A DNA stretch of 64,000 nucleotides from Halarcobacter sp. (GTDB lineage Bacteria > Campylobacterota > Campylobacteria > Campylobacterales > Arcobacteraceae). Both the position numbers and the translations under genes were made by a program. Where the stretch lies: contig CP182352.1 in assembly GCA_048571215.1 (NCBI GenBank), forward strand, positions 2,240,001 to 2,304,000, written 5' to 3'. Below are positions 9,707 through 20,920 of this stretch, piece by piece; within the stretch, counting starts at the first letter, position 1; every line of letters begins with the position of its first letter. The notes below the pieces were generated by a model. It saw only the letters and a program-made list of their open reading frames with translations, had not been told where the DNA came from and made no database searches.

Positions 9707-10198
9707 ATGAAAAGTAGTAAATTAGTATCAACATTGAAGATTTTAACTTTATCTTCGATTTTTGCAGTATCTGCACTTATGGCTTCACAAGTAGAGATTG
9801 AAGATGCTTATGTTAGAGCAACACCTCCAGGACTTCCTAACTCAGCAGCATTTTTAACAATAAAAAATGAGTCTGATAAAGATGTATCTATATTAAATGC
9901 ATTCTCAAAAGTTTCAAAAGTAGTTGAACTTCATACACATGATATGAAAGATGGTGTTATGAAAATGTATCGTGTTGAGAAAATAGATGTACCTGCAAAA
10001 GGGCAAACTGTACTTAAACCTGGTGGATATCACATAATGTTAATTGGTCTAAATAAAGCTTTAAAAGTTGGAGAAGATGTAACTTTTTCTTTAGAACTTT
10101 CAAATGGTGAAACTCTTACTATTGTTGCTCCTGTTAAAACTGTTATGTCAGGGATGAAACATAATGGAAACAAAATGATGATGGGTTCAAAAAAATAA
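9707..10198 (+). CDS. Periplasmic copper chaperone PCu(A)C
   Basis: Signal peptide; ELHTH...GVMKM...LKPGGYHIML; Met-rich tail. Confidence 0.9.
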   Translation: MKSSKLVSTLKILTLSSIFAVSALMASQVEIEDAYVRATPPGLPNSAAFLTIKNESDKDVSILNAFSKVSKVVELHTHDMKDGVMKMYRVEKIDVPAKGQTVLKPGGYHIMLIGLNKALKVGEDVTFSLELSNGETLTIVAPVKTVMSGMKHNGNKMMMGSKK

Positions 10199-10201
10199 AT
10201 T

Positions 10202-10687
10202 ATGTCAAAAGAGAAAAATAAGTTAAGAAGTACAATAGTTCAAATTGCTATTGTACTTTTTATAGTAGTTGGATATTTTTTGATTGACTTTAACGCTCTT
10301 TATCAGTCATTTAAGGGTGAAGCTCAACTTGTAACACAAAATAAAGAGTGTGACTTACACAAAAGTTCTTGTAGTATAAAAATACAAGATGGTACAACCT
10401 TTGAACTAACAGTATCACCTAAAACAATCCCATTAATGGAACCTATAAAATTCTTTATCAAAAGCAATAAGCCTGATTTAAAAGATTTGTATATAAATAT
10501 TTATGCTACAAATATGTTTATGGGTGATTTTAATATTCCCCTTAAAAATTTAGGAAATGGGAATTATCAAGCCATTGCTACACTACCAACTTGCCCAGTT
10601 GGAAATATGGAATGGAATGGGGATATAAAAATAGAACAATTTAATAAAACAATTGGAGCTAGATTCCAATTTAAAACGGATATATAA
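10202..10687 (+). CDS. Membrane-anchored hypothetical protein in the PCuAC-SCO cluster
   Basis: N-terminal TM helix; CDLHKSSC, NMFMG and LPTC motifs; coupled to the SCO gene. Confidence 0.75.
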   Translation: MSKEKNKLRSTIVQIAIVLFIVVGYFLIDFNALYQSFKGEAQLVTQNKECDLHKSSCSIKIQDGTTFELTVSPKTIPLMEPIKFFIKSNKPDLKDLYINIYATNMFMGDFNIPLKNLGNGNYQAIATLPTCPVGNMEWNGDIKIEQFNKTIGARFQFKTDI

Positions 10688-11259
10688 TGAAGATATTTTT
10701 AAGACTAGGTATTATTTTTATTGTGGCAGTTGTTTTAATATCACTATTGAAACCATTTGTTGATGATTATAGAGAAGCCCAAAAATATGATTTTAAAGTT
10801 AATACTGCTGATGGACCTATTACTAAAAAAAGTTTCATTGGAAAACCTTTGGCTGTATATTTTGGATATAGTTATTGTCCAGATGTTTGTCCAACCTCAT
10901 TGAGTTCACTAGCTCAAGCATTAGATAGTTTTGATAAAGAAAAAACAAAAGATTTTGTAGGTTTATTTATAAGTGTAGACCCAGATAGAGATACCCTAGA
11001 AAACCTAAAACAATACGCTGGATATTTCCATCCAAACTTTATTGGGGCAACATCAAATAAAGAGAATATTGATGATATAACAAAAAGATATGGTACTTAT
11101 TATCAAAAAGTTCAATTAGATGATTCGGCTATTGGATATTCAGTAGCTCACACTTCTTTTATATATCTATTTGATAGAGATGGTAAATTTAGAGGAAAAG
11201 TCGATCACTTTTCAGACCCCGCACAAATCAAAATTAAATTAAAAGAGATTTTAGAATAG
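10687..11259 (+). CDS. SCO1/SenC copper chaperone
   Basis: FGYSYCPDVCP, ISVDPDRD, YSVAH. Confidence 0.93.
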   Translation: MKIFLRLGIIFIVAVVLISLLKPFVDDYREAQKYDFKVNTADGPITKKSFIGKPLAVYFGYSYCPDVCPTSLSSLAQALDSFDKEKTKDFVGLFISVDPDRDTLENLKQYAGYFHPNFIGATSNKENIDDITKRYGTYYQKVQLDDSAIGYSVAHTSFIYLFDRDGKFRGKVDHFSDPAQIKIKLKEILE

Positions 11260-11304
11260 CAATTTTATTCTATATCTCTTTTTCTATTTAGGTATAATCT
11301 ATTT

Positions 11305-12102
11305 ATGAAACTAAAATACCTAAAAGAGACTTTTTTTGAAAATATTCAAAACTCAAACGACAATTTTTCAAAACATTTCCATGATACGTATACTATTGGT
11401 ATAACCCATCAAGGTTTATTTAAATCAGTAAATGAAAACAAAGCTATTTTATCTTATAAAAATTCCACTAGGATTATAAACCCAGGTGAGGTTCATGGTG
11501 GTAACTCAAAATCTTGGAAATATACTAACTTTTATCCATCCCTTGAACTTATAAGTGATATTTACCAACAAATATTTTTTGAAAAAAAAATACCAATTTT
11601 CAAAGAACATATAATTGAAGATATATACCTTTACAAACTACTATTAGACTTTTTTGTAAGTACTTATAAAAATCAAGATAGTATGATAATTGAAACCAAT
11701 ATGATAACTGCCCTATCCTATTTAATAAAAAACTATACCCTAACAAAGATTGATGAGCCAGAGTTTTACAATAAAAAGATACTAAAAGATTCTATAGAAT
11801 ACATAAAAGATAGTTTAGAAACAAATATCTCCCTTGATACTTTAGCCTCAAACTCAAATCTTAGTAAATACCATTTCCTTAGAGTATTTAGAAACTCTAT
11901 TGGGATAACTCCACACCAATATATATTGATTCAAAAAATAGAAAAAAGTAAAGAGCTTATTTTAAAAGGTATGAATCTTAATGAAGTAGCTTATTCAACA
12001 GGCTTTAATGACCAATCTCATTTTATTAGAAATTTTAAAAGAATTTATGGTTATGTACCAAGTAAACTAAAACAAAACAGCAATTTTATTCTATACAAAT
12101 AA
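11305..12102 (+). CDS. AraC-family transcriptional regulator
   Basis: HFHDTY and NPGEVH ligand-binding domain; LSKYHFLRVF and GFNDQSHFIRNFK HTH. Confidence 0.92.
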   Translation: MKLKYLKETFFENIQNSNDNFSKHFHDTYTIGITHQGLFKSVNENKAILSYKNSTRIINPGEVHGGNSKSWKYTNFYPSLELISDIYQQIFFEKKIPIFKEHIIEDIYLYKLLLDFFVSTYKNQDSMIIETNMITALSYLIKNYTLTKIDEPEFYNKKILKDSIEYIKDSLETNISLDTLASNSNLSKYHFLRVFRNSIGITPHQYILIQKIEKSKELILKGMNLNEVAYSTGFNDQSHFIRNFKRIYGYVPSKLKQNSNFILYK

Positions 12103-12140
12103 AAAATAATATATTAAACTTCCATAAAAAAGAATTTTAT

Positions 12141-13031
12141 ATGACAGATACAAATAAAAATATATTTTACTTCTTGCTATTTCTAGCAATGTTTGCTTGG
12201 GGAGCTTCTTGGGTTAATGTAAAAGTTTTAAGCTCATATATAAATGAGTTTGAAACCATGTTTTTTAGATTTTTCATAACTGCTATTACTATGATTCCAA
12301 TAATACTATATTTGAAAAAATCTTTTAAAATTGATTTAAAAAGTTTTCTCTTAGTTGTTGTTACAGCTATTGTATTTATCTTATATATGAAATATTTCTT
12401 TTTGGGAACAAAATATGGAACTGCAAGTTTAGGTGGAGCTTTTGTAACCACACTTATTCCTATAAATACTTTTCTAATCTTAGCATTTTTCAAAGAAAGA
12501 AAAATCACAAAAAAAGATGCCTTTGCTCTTTTTATAGGAGCTTTGGGAGTTATGACCATATTAAATGTTTGGTCTTTTAATAGTGAAGAGATTTTTTTAA
12601 AACAAAACTTTTATTTCATCTTAGCATCAATTTTTTGGCCTATAATTACAATATTAAGTTCTAAATCAAGCAAAATCTCCCCTATAGTATTTACCTTTTA
12701 TCTTTATTTAGTAACCTCGATACTAAATATACTATTTTTTGTAGATTTAACAACTATTGATTATGGAAGTTTTGATAAGATTTTTTATATAAATATCTTT
12801 ATACTTTCAATTATTTCTTCAACTTATGCAAATACAATATATTTTTTAGGTATTGAAAAACTAGGAGCTAGAGAAGTAAGTAGTTTTATATTTTTTGTTC
12901 CCTTTTCAGCGATAGTTTTAAGTGCTATTTTCTTAAAAGAGCACATAAACCTATCAATAATAATTGGTACAATTTTAACTATTACTGCTATAAAAATCTT
13001 AAATAATATAAAATTATTTAAGAGATTATAG
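12141..13031 (+). CDS. DMT/EamA-family transporter
   Basis: About 10 TM helices, AMFAWGASW, two EamA-like halves. Confidence 0.85.
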   Translation: MTDTNKNIFYFLLFLAMFAWGASWVNVKVLSSYINEFETMFFRFFITAITMIPIILYLKKSFKIDLKSFLLVVVTAIVFILYMKYFFLGTKYGTASLGGAFVTTLIPINTFLILAFFKERKITKKDAFALFIGALGVMTILNVWSFNSEEIFLKQNFYFILASIFWPIITILSSKSSKISPIVFTFYLYLVTSILNILFFVDLTTIDYGSFDKIFYINIFILSIISSTYANTIYFLGIEKLGAREVSSFIFFVPFSAIVLSAIFLKEHINLSIIIGTILTITAIKILNNIKLFKRL

Positions 13032-13039
13032 CTAATAGT

Positions 13040-13747
13040 TTATCTTACATAAGAACCATTGTTAAAATCAACTGTTGTTCCATTTACATACTCTGGACAA
13101 TCAGTTGCTAGCCAAAAAATAACTTCAGCAGCTTCTTCAGGTTCTGCAAATCTTCCACAAGGAACTGCTTTTTTGAATTCTGCTTTTCTCTCTTCTGAGT
13201 TATCTTTTTGCATATCTGTTTCTACAGGACTTGGTGCAATACAATTTACTATAATCCCATGACTTCCAAGAAGTTTAGCAAAAATCTTTGTAGCATTTAT
13301 TAGTCCTGCTTTTGCAATTCCATACCAAATATCAGGATGACCTATTTGACCTGCAATAGAAGCTGTATTTACAATCCGTCCATAAGCTCTTTTTTTCATC
13401 CCTTCACTAAAAAGTGTGATTAACTCAACTGGTGCATACAAATCCACATTCATAATGTGCTCTTTTGCGTCTAAAGGATAATTATCATAGGTGTATTTTG
13501 GTTGCATATAACCTGCATTGTTAACAAGAACATCAATATCTCCCACCTCTTTTGCAAGCTCTTTAAGCCCTTGTATATTTGATAAATCATATTCAATTGT
13601 TTTTACTTTTGGATTATCTTTTAAAGGAAAATTAGAAAAATCTCTGGCTACAGCAATAACTTCAAAATCTACTTCTAAAAATTTTTTAACTACCTCTAAG
13701 CCTATACCTTTATTTCCCCCTGTAACTAAAACTCTATTTAACATCAT
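13040..13747 (-). CDS. SDR-family oxidoreductase
   Basis: TGGNKGIG, NNAG, YGIAK. Confidence 0.92.
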   Translation of the reverse strand: MMLNRVLVTGGNKGIGLEVVKKFLEVDFEVIAVARDFSNFPLKDNPKVKTIEYDLSNIQGLKELAKEVGDIDVLVNNAGYMQPKYTYDNYPLDAKEHIMNVDLYAPVELITLFSEGMKKRAYGRIVNTASIAGQIGHPDIWYGIAKAGLINATKIFAKLLGSHGIIVNCIAPSPVETDMQKDNSEERKAEFKKAVPCGRFAEPEEAAEVIFWLATDCPEYVNGTTVDFNNGSYVR

Positions 13748-13853
13748 AATTCCTTTATATTTTTTTCTATTATAACAAGGATTTTAATAAATCCAAATGA
13801 TATATTTATGATTTTTTTAGTAATCTATAATAATAAATAAAAAAGGACAAGAG

Positions 13854-14552
13854 ATGAAAAAAATTTTGCTAACTATTTTTATAATTTCAAACATTTTTGC
13901 AATAGATTTAATAAAACTGCCATTAATGGAATTAAATGTAAATCACAAATACTCAAATGGCAAAGAGCAAGTTATCAATATAAAAAGGGAAGTAGATGAA
14001 GTTTGTTTAAATGTCCCAATAAATGTTGAAAACTTCCAAAGTGAAAATTTAGCATCATCAAAAGTTAATTCAAAATGTAAAAAAACTTTTATCACTACAC
14101 AAGGTCTTATCCAACCAATCACGTTTGATGAAAAAATTAAAACAGTTGGAGAACTTGAGGTTCTAAATTTTATTTTAGGAAAATCTTCAAAATACTCTTC
14201 AGAATATATATTAGTAGATAGTAGAACCAAAGATTGGTTTGATGCAGGAACAATCCCAAGTGCAGTAAATATCCCTTACAATGACTTAGATTATGATGAA
14301 GATTTCTTAGATGATTACAAAAAAGCTTATAAAAATCTTGGAGTTAAAGTATTAGGAAAAGATAAATTTGATTTTAAAAATGCAAAAACTGCAATCTTTT
14401 TTTGTAATGGTTCATGGTGTGGTCAATCTCCAAGGGCTATGAAAAAATTGATTAAAATAGGATATCCTAAAGAAAAAATGATGTGGTATAGGGGTGGAAT
14501 TGCAGCTTGGGCTGGTGTATCTTTGACTTTAACTAAAAATATAGGAAAATAA
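13854..14552 (+). CDS. Secreted rhodanese-domain protein
   Basis: Signal peptide; LVDSR, GTIPSAVNIP, FCNGSWCGQS, WYRGG. Confidence 0.88.
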   Translation: MKKILLTIFIISNIFAIDLIKLPLMELNVNHKYSNGKEQVINIKREVDEVCLNVPINVENFQSENLASSKVNSKCKKTFITTQGLIQPITFDEKIKTVGELEVLNFILGKSSKYSSEYILVDSRTKDWFDAGTIPSAVNIPYNDLDYDEDFLDDYKKAYKNLGVKVLGKDKFDFKNAKTAIFFCNGSWCGQSPRAMKKLIKIGYPKEKMMWYRGGIAAWAGVSLTLTKNIGK

Positions 14553-14561
14553 TCCTATATT

Positions 14562-16166
14562 TTAGTTCTGATTAAAAAACTTTTTAAATGCAGCAGCTAT
14601 CTCTTCATTTGTAGCCTCTGCATTTGGTTTTAACTTCATAGGTAAAGTTTCTTTTTTAGATGGAGCTTTATTAAAAAGTTTATCTAAATTTATTTTATCT
14701 CCAAGTTTCTTTTTAATAGATTTTTTAATCTTGTCTTTTACTTTATTTTTAATAAAACTACTTGTATCAACTTTAATTTTTGGATCTTTTATTGAACCTT
14801 TAATTGTTGTATCAAAATTGTAATCTTTTATTTTAGTTTGAACAAGTGCGTTTATTGTTTGCTTTTCAGTATCTAGTGTACTACTTGGTACTACAATTCT
14901 TGTATAAGCACTTTGCATATCAATAACTGAATTTATAATGTTGTTATCAATATCACTTTTTAGATTTACACTTTCATATACCTCTTTTGTTATATCGAAT
15001 TTTGCAAATGTATTGATAATCGTAGAGAATTCATTTTTAATAAATTGACCATTGATTAGTTTTCCATCAACCTTACCAATTTTTGAAGCTAAATTATAAT
15101 CTATACTAACATCTGATTTTGAGGTAAATATTTCTGGATAATACATCATATGTAGTAAGTCTTTTATTTCTACATCTTTTATTGTTGCTTTAAAATCATT
15201 ATTAAGTAAATTGAAGTTTAATTTTCCACCAAATATTTCTGATAAACCGTCTATTGATAAACCATTTTTATCTTGTTTAATATTTCCATTTAAACTCAAA
15301 TTACCTCTCATCGCTGTTTGTGTTACATCGTATAGGTTCGCTAAATTTGGAACTTGGATTAAATAATCACTTGTAAAACTACTATCTTTTAAATCAAATA
15401 TTGCTTTTTTTATGTCAAAATTTGCCATTGATGTTTCAATACTTGCCATTGTTACAGCTTTAGTTTTAACTAAATTTGTTACAGCCTCCCCTTTAAAAGT
15501 TAAAGCTTTTACAAGTTTTTGATTAAAGTCTTTATTTACTAAAGTATTATTTACTAAGCCTTTAGAAAGTTTTGTAACAATTTTACCATCAAGATTTTTT
15601 ATATCTGCACTTTTAATATCACCCTCAATAGAAACAAAACCTGAAGCATATCTTGGTTGGTCTATTGTATACAATAACTCGTCAATTTTTGCATTTTTAA
15701 TAGTAAAGAAAATATTACTTGGTTTAAACTCAACTAAATTTATATCATACTTTGTATCACTTGACGCGAATTTACTAAGTCCAACTACTTTTGTTAGAGC
15801 TTTATCGCCTTTTACTGTACCGCTTGTAGAAAATGAACCATTTAATTTTTGTTTAGTTATATTTTGAAGTTTTGATAGATCTTTTATATTTATATCATAT
15901 TTTAAATCTACACTTTTTGATAAAAGTGCCAATTTACCCTCAATATTTATAATTGAATTATCATCAATTGTAGCTTTAAAAACTATATCACTAGTAGTTA
16001 ATTTAAAATCATTTACTTTTAAATTTACATCTTTTTGTCCCTCATTTACTTTTTGTTCTATCAAAGTTGCAACTAAAGAGTTACCCCCTGAGGTAAATAA
16101 AATCCAATAAGTACCCACTATAACAGTTACAATAAGAAATGTTAATCCGAAAAAAAGCTTCTTCAT
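14562..16166 (-). CDS. Membrane-anchored beta-rich envelope protein (AsmA-like, tentative)
   Basis: N-terminal TM helix followed by repetitive amphipathic beta strands; C-terminal IKGSIKDPKIKVD. Confidence 0.55.
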   Translation of the reverse strand: MKKLFFGLTFLIVTVIVGTYWILFTSGGNSLVATLIEQKVNEGQKDVNLKVNDFKLTTSDIVFKATIDDNSIINIEGKLALLSKSVDLKYDINIKDLSKLQNITKQKLNGSFSTSGTVKGDKALTKVVGLSKFASSDTKYDINLVEFKPSNIFFTIKNAKIDELLYTIDQPRYASGFVSIEGDIKSADIKNLDGKIVTKLSKGLVNNTLVNKDFNQKLVKALTFKGEAVTNLVKTKAVTMASIETSMANFDIKKAIFDLKDSSFTSDYLIQVPNLANLYDVTQTAMRGNLSLNGNIKQDKNGLSIDGLSEIFGGKLNFNLLNNDFKATIKDVEIKDLLHMMYYPEIFTSKSDVSIDYNLASKIGKVDGKLINGQFIKNEFSTIINTFAKFDITKEVYESVNLKSDIDNNIINSVIDMQSAYTRIVVPSSTLDTEKQTINALVQTKIKDYNFDTTIKGSIKDPKIKVDTSSFIKNKVKDKIKKSIKKKLGDKINLDKLFNKAPSKKETLPMKLKPNAEATNEEIAAAFKKFFNQN

Positions 16167-16292
16167 AAAAATCCTTTTTTAAAATATCATCTATTATACT
16201 TTAAGTAAATTGAAATAACTATTATGTGTTACTTAAAGTAAACTTTTTGTAATTTTAATATGAAACTAATTAAGTTTTAACACACTATCGTG

Positions 16293-16388
16293 TATAATCT
16301 CAGCCGAACAAGGTGATAAGTAGGGAAATATTTGCATTTATGTAAGTATTGCTACAGTTTTCTGTGGTTACGCTATCCGAACAGACTT
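16293..16388 (+). promoter_or_regulatory. atpE promoter (-10 TATAAT) and structured 5' leader
   Basis: TATAAT at 16293-16298; predicted hairpins at 16320-16355 and 16356-16387. Confidence 0.5.
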
Positions 16389-16418
16389 TGTAAAAAAATA
16401 TATTATAAGGAATCTAGA

Positions 16419-16733
16419 ATGAAAAAAATCGTTCTTTTAATGCTAGCTATTGCTGGTGCTGCTTTCGCTGCTGATGGTGCAGTTGCAAATGAAACTTTAA
16501 AAGCTTACTCTGTAGTTGCTGCAGGTATTGGTCTTGGTCTTGCTGCACTTGGTGGTGCTATCGGTATGGGTAACACTGCTGCTGCAACAATCGCTGGTAC
16601 TGCTAGAAACCCAGGTTTAGGTGGAAAATTAATGACAACTATGTTCATTGCTTTAGCGATGATCGAAGCACAAGTTATTTATGCACTTGTTGTTGCTATG
16701 ATTGCATTATATGCAAACCCATTCTTAGGGTAA
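16419..16733 (+). CDS. atpE: F0F1 ATP synthase subunit c with signal-peptide-like N-terminal extension
   Basis: GLAALGGAIGMG, ARNP, MIEAQVIY; ATG at 16419 follows AAGGA (the track start at 16332 is too far upstream). Confidence 0.95.
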   Translation: MKKIVLLMLAIAGAAFAADGAVANETLKAYSVVAAGIGLGLAALGGAIGMGNTAAATIAGTARNPGLGGKLMTTMFIALAMIEAQVIYALVVAMIALYANPFLG

Positions 16734-16764
16734 TTTATAAAGCTACAGTTTTTATAAATACTTT

Positions 16765-16798
16765 AAAAGGTCAAGAGTTTTTCTCTTGACCTTTTTTT
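16765..16798. terminator. Bidirectional rho-independent terminator
   Basis: AAAAGGTCAAGAG-ttttt-CTCTTGACCTTTTTTT between the convergent atpE and SDR genes. Confidence 0.9.
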
Positions 16799-16802
16799 AT
16801 CT

Positions 16803-17516
16803 CTAATAATTTATAGATTGAGCAAACTCATTTTCTAAATTTATTTTATCCTCTTCTAATCTTTGTTTTATAACTTTAGCAAAAGAATCAGGATATATCT
16901 CATATTCACTACTAGATAAGCCATTTATTGTGGCATTTACAATATCATTAGGTGAAGTTTTTGGCATTTGTAAATCTTTTGACATTGCAGTATCGATAGG
17001 ACCTGGTAACACTTCATATACTAATATATCTTTTGTTTTTAATTCTGCTCTTAAAGCCTGTGTTACAGAGTGTAAAGCACTTTTTGATGCACAATATAAA
17101 GCCATAATAGGAAGGTTTATCAATGCCAAAATAGATGATATATTTATAATAATTCCACCTTTATTTATATTACTAGATAAGATTCTGCAACTATTTAAAG
17201 TACCAAATAGATTTACATCAAAATCTATAGTTTCATCATCAAACAATCTTTTATCACTATTTGCACCTGCATTATTTACTAAAATATCTATTTTTTCAAT
17301 ACCTGTTATTACACTTTTAAATTGCTCTTTATTTGTAATATCTAATTGGATAAGTTCTATTTTATTTGAAAGCTTTTTTATAGAATCCAATTTGTTTATA
17401 TCTCTTGCTGCACAATATATTTTTTTAACATTCTGATTTAAAAACTCTTTTACAAACGCATTTCCTAAACCACCACTTGCTCCTGTAATAAATACAATTT
17501 TATTTTCTAAATTCAT
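16803..17516 (-). CDS. SDR-family oxidoreductase
   Basis: TGASGGLG, NNAG, YCASK. Confidence 0.92.
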   Translation of the reverse strand: MNLENKIVFITGASGGLGNAFVKEFLNQNVKKIYCAARDINKLDSIKKLSNKIELIQLDITNKEQFKSVITGIEKIDILVNNAGANSDKRLFDDETIDFDVNLFGTLNSCRILSSNINKGGIIINISSILALINLPIMALYCASKSALHSVTQALRAELKTKDILVYEVLPGPIDTAMSKDLQMPKTSPNDIVNATINGLSSSEYEIYPDSFAKVIKQRLEEDKINLENEFAQSINY

Positions 17517-17525
17517 CTAATATCC

Positions 17526-17954
17526 TTAATCTTCTATATTTATATAAACTTTGTTTAATAATCTAATTAAACTTCTATACTCCTCTTCACTCAATCCCTT
17601 TGAAAGTAGTTGATTATATTCTTGTGATATTGGAACAACTTTTTCAACCAGCTCTTTTGCTTTTGGTGTTGGGGAAATATTCATAACCCTTCTATCTTCA
17701 CCATTTGATATACGAGTTAAGAAACCTTTTTTTTCAAGCCTATCAAGACTTCTTGTGATATTTGCTTGGTCTTTATAAGTACTATTTGCTAATTCTCTTT
17801 GGGTTAAACCAGGATTTTCAACAATCCTAAATATCAAAGACCACTGTTCAGGAGAGATATCAAACTCTTTAATCTTTTGATTAAAGCCTGTTTTCATGGC
17901 TAATGAGGTTCTATTTAAAACAAATCCTAAGGAATTATTCATATCAAATTTCAT
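17526..17954 (-). CDS. MarR-family regulator
   Basis: LTQRELA, DQANITRSLDRLEKKG, EDRR. Confidence 0.92.
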   Translation of the reverse strand: MKFDMNNSLGFVLNRTSLAMKTGFNQKIKEFDISPEQWSLIFRIVENPGLTQRELANSTYKDQANITRSLDRLEKKGFLTRISNGEDRRVMNISPTPKAKELVEKVVPISQEYNQLLSKGLSEEEYRSLIRLLNKVYINIED

Positions 17955-17994
17955 GTTTACTCCTAAAATCTAACTATACAATTTTTAAAATTAC

Positions 17995-18022
17995 TTGTCA
18001 AGACAATTATTGTTATAACAAT
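17995..18022. promoter_or_regulatory. Tandem TTGT-N4-ACAA palindromes, candidate MarR operator
   Basis: TTGTCAAGACAA at 17995-18006 and the perfect palindrome ATTGTTATAACAAT at 18009-18022, just upstream of the marR gene. Confidence 0.6.
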
Positions 18023-18108
18023 CTTTTCTATGATTTTTCTTTTTAATAAAATATATAAGATTTTACTGCTATAATTCCCAACTTAAAAATTCAAATATTT
18101 TTTTATAT

Positions 18109-18192
18109 GCAGATGTGGTGGAATGGTAGACACGCGGGCTTGAGGGGCTCGTGCTTCACGGCGTGTGAGTTCAAATCTCATCATCTGCACCA
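18109..18192 (+). tRNA. tRNA-Leu(GAG)
   Basis: Acceptor GCAGATG/CATCTGC, anticodon arm CGGGC-TTGAGGG-GCTCG, long variable arm, GTTCAAATC, CCA end; TGCTATAAT promoter near 18067-18075. Confidence 0.96.
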
Positions 18193-18394
18193 TTCATTTT
18201 AGAACTACTTTTTTTGATAAAACAAACATAATATTAAGTAATTTTTCTCACTTTGACTAGTCTTAACTTATATTTAATTTGATACAAAGTCTACATCACT
18301 TTTTTTATTACAAAATTTATTTTTATTTATTGATTTATATTCTTTAATCGGGTGTTAATTTTTAGTCTTTAAAGCTATATATTAAAATATATTA

Positions 18395-20920
18395 TTAATC
18401 TATTTTAATATCATTTTTTCCTTTAAACTCTTTTTCATTTGCACTTGCAACTACTTGTTTAGAAATTAAATCTGTTTGTTGGGCAATATTATTGGTATCT
18501 TGGGCAATATTTGCATTCTCTTGTGTTTGTTTATCTAAGCTAGCTATACTTTCATTTATTTGAGATATTCCTATTTGTTGCTCCTTAGAAGAATCAGAAA
18601 CTGCACCAATAAGCTCTATTGTATTATTTATATTTTTACTAAGACTAATATATCCTTCAATCATTGCATCTGAGATTTGTTTACCTTCATTTGCTTTGGT
18701 ATTGGCATTCTCTACTAAATCTTTTATCTCTTTTGCTGCCTCAGCACTTCTAGCTGCTAAGTTTCTTACTTCTTGTGCAACTACAGCAAAACCTTTACCC
18801 GCTTCTCCCGCTGTTGCAGCTTCAACTGCTGCATTTAAAGATAAGATATTAGTTTGAAATGAAATCTGGTCAATTACTGTAATTGCTTCATTTATTGCAC
18901 TTACTTGATTATGTATATCATCCATTGCTAAAGTTGTTTTTTGAGCTAACTCTTCACCACTTTTTACAGAAGAATCAAGCTCTTGTGAATAAGAATTCAT
19001 CTTTTGTACATTTTGATTATTTAAAATAATACTACTATTTATCTCTTCTATAGCAGCAGAAGTCTCTTCAATAGAAGCTGCAGCAGAATTTGTATTATTT
19101 GCTAAAACTTCAACACTTCTAATTAATTTATCTGAACTATCATCAAGTTTAAGTCCGTTTGTTTTATTTTCAATTAACATTTCAGTTATAGAATCCCCTA
19201 AAAGATTAACCCCATTAGCAAGCTTTAATAAATGCTCTCTTAAATCTTTTGAATCTACTTTTTGTAAATAATTGTATTTAGTATAAGTTTCTAATACTTT
19301 TAAAATATTATCAATATTTGCTTCTAAATTATTTCCCATATGGTTAATAACATTTTTCAATTCATTTAAAGAAGGATTATCAGAGTTTGCATCTATTCTT
19401 TGTGATAAATCTCCTTTTTCAAACTCAGATAAAACTTTTACTGTTTCATTTATAAGTTTTCTATCTTTTTCAATCCCTTCTTTTGTTTTATTGATATTTT
19501 TATTTACAACTTTTGACATTTGTCCAATTTCATCTTTTTTTGATTCATCTAAATAAACTACCTCATTTGTTTCATTATTTAAATATCTAAAAAATGACAT
19601 TAGTCCATTTTCAAAATCTTTTATTGGTTTAATAATAGAACTTCTTAAAATATATACTGAAATAAAGATTATTAAAACTAAAACTGCAAAAGAGATTAAG
19701 GCCAAAATTATATTTAATTTTATACTTCCTGCTAAAGCCTCTTCATCAGCTATTTCAGAAACTATAGCCCATTGTTTATCAAATACTTTAATTCCAGAAT
19801 ATGCACTTAAGTATTTTTTCCCATCATTGTTAACTATTATATTAGCACCAGTTTTATTTTTTAAAGCAGCCATTGTTGCTTCATTTTTAATCTCATACAA
19901 AGAGATACTTGTTTTAGAACTTTTAACATGTTTATTTTCAATTTTATTTAAATACCTGTGATTATTTCTCATTTTATAATCACTACCAACTAAAAATGAG
20001 TTTCCACTTTTTCCTAATCCTGCATTTTCATAGTTTCCATTAAAATTCATAATTGAATCAATTTTATCTATAGGAAATTGTATGATTAGATTACCAACTC
20101 TTCTATTTTGATTATTAAATACAGGAGTTGCTAAAAAAGAAGCTGGTGCATTGTAGCTTGGTTCATATGGTTCAAAATCAGAAAATGCAACTTCACCTTT
20201 TTTAAGCTTATATGCTGTTTTATTTACTTTAGCAATTGCACTATTTGAATATGGTCCACTAATTAAATTTGTTGCAAAATCTTTTTCTTTGAAAGTACTG
20301 TAAATAATTGTTCCTTTCAAATCAACAAGAAAAATATCATATAAAGAAAACTTTTCTAAAATAGTATTGAATGTTTCGTGAAATCTTGTATGTGCAAAGG
20401 CATAATTATTAAAAAAAGTATTTGATTGTTTTAATTTATTCTTTTCTCCAATTTTAGCCTTATTTTTTATAATATACATATATTGGGCTAAAATCCCATT
20501 ATCATTTTGTGGTAAGTATTTATCAGTTTGTTTTTTTGCTTCAATATTAGGCAAATTGAAATTTATTTTGTTTATATAAAATTCATTATAATGTTTTATA
20601 AGCTCATCTTTTACTTTTTGCATATCTACTTCAGAACTTGATTGTGCTGAGATAGTATAAAAACCTCTAATAAATTCATTAAAAGCATCTTGTGTAGAAG
20701 CAGAGTTTGCAGTTGAGATAATTAAACCCTCAATAGTTTTAAAGTATTCAGAAATATGTTGTTTTTTTGCTTCAGTTATAGATTTTAACTGAGTTAACTT
20801 TTCCTTTTCAGAATGTTTTATACTCTCACGTACACTAATTGATAAAATTACAACGGATAAGAATAATAAACTACCAATAATTAGTAACATTAACTTCATA
20901 TTTATACTAAGATTTTTCAC
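18395..20920 (-). CDS. Methyl-accepting chemotaxis protein with a Cache-type sensor
   Basis: Two TM helices, large periplasmic domain (YDIFLVD...[12 protein letters not shown]), [27 protein letters not shown]. Confidence 0.95.
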   Translation of the reverse strand: MKNLSINMKLMLLIIGSLLFLSVVILSISVRESIKHSEKEKLTQLKSITEAKKQHISEYFKTIEGLIISTANSASTQDAFNEFIRGFYTISAQSSSEVDMQKVKDELIKHYNEFYINKINFNLPNIEAKKQTDKYLPQNDNGILAQYMYIIKNKAKIGEKNKLKQSNTFFNNYAFAHTRFHETFNTILEKFSLYDIFLVDLKGTIIYSTFKEKDFATNLISGPYSNSAIAKVNKTAYKLKKGEVAFSDFEPYEPSYNAPASFLATPVFNNQNRRVGNLIIQFPIDKIDSIMNFNGNYENAGLGKSGNSFLVGSDYKMRNNHRYLNKIENKHVKSSKTSISLYEIKNEATMAALKNKTGANIIVNNDGKKYLSAYSGIKVFDKQWAIVSEIADEEALAGSIKLNIILALISFAVLVLIIFISVYILRSSIIKPIKDFENGLMSFFRYLNNETNEVVYLDESKKDEIGQMSKVVNKNINKTKEGIEKDRKLINETVKVLSEFEKGDLSQRIDANSDNPSLNELKNVINHMGNNLEANIDNILKVLETYTKYNYLQKVDSKDLREHLLKLANGVNLLGDSITEMLIENKTNGLKLDDSSDKLIRSVEVLANNTNSAAASIEETSAAIEEINSSIILNNQNVQKMNSYSQELDSSVKSGEELAQKTTLAMDDIHNQVSAINEAITVIDQISFQTNILSLNAAVEAATAGEAGKGFAVVAQEVRNLAARSAEAAKEIKDLVENANTKANEGKQISDAMIEGYISLSKNINNTIELIGAVSDSSKEQQIGISQINESIASLDKQTQENANIAQDTNNIAQQTDLISKQVVASANEKEFKGKNDIKID

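Noticed and set aside
16332..16418. Longer 133-aa atpE N-terminus from the track
   Set aside because: The RBS and protein features support ATG 16419; the remaining signal-like extension is a known trait of Campylobacterota subunit c and is not novel
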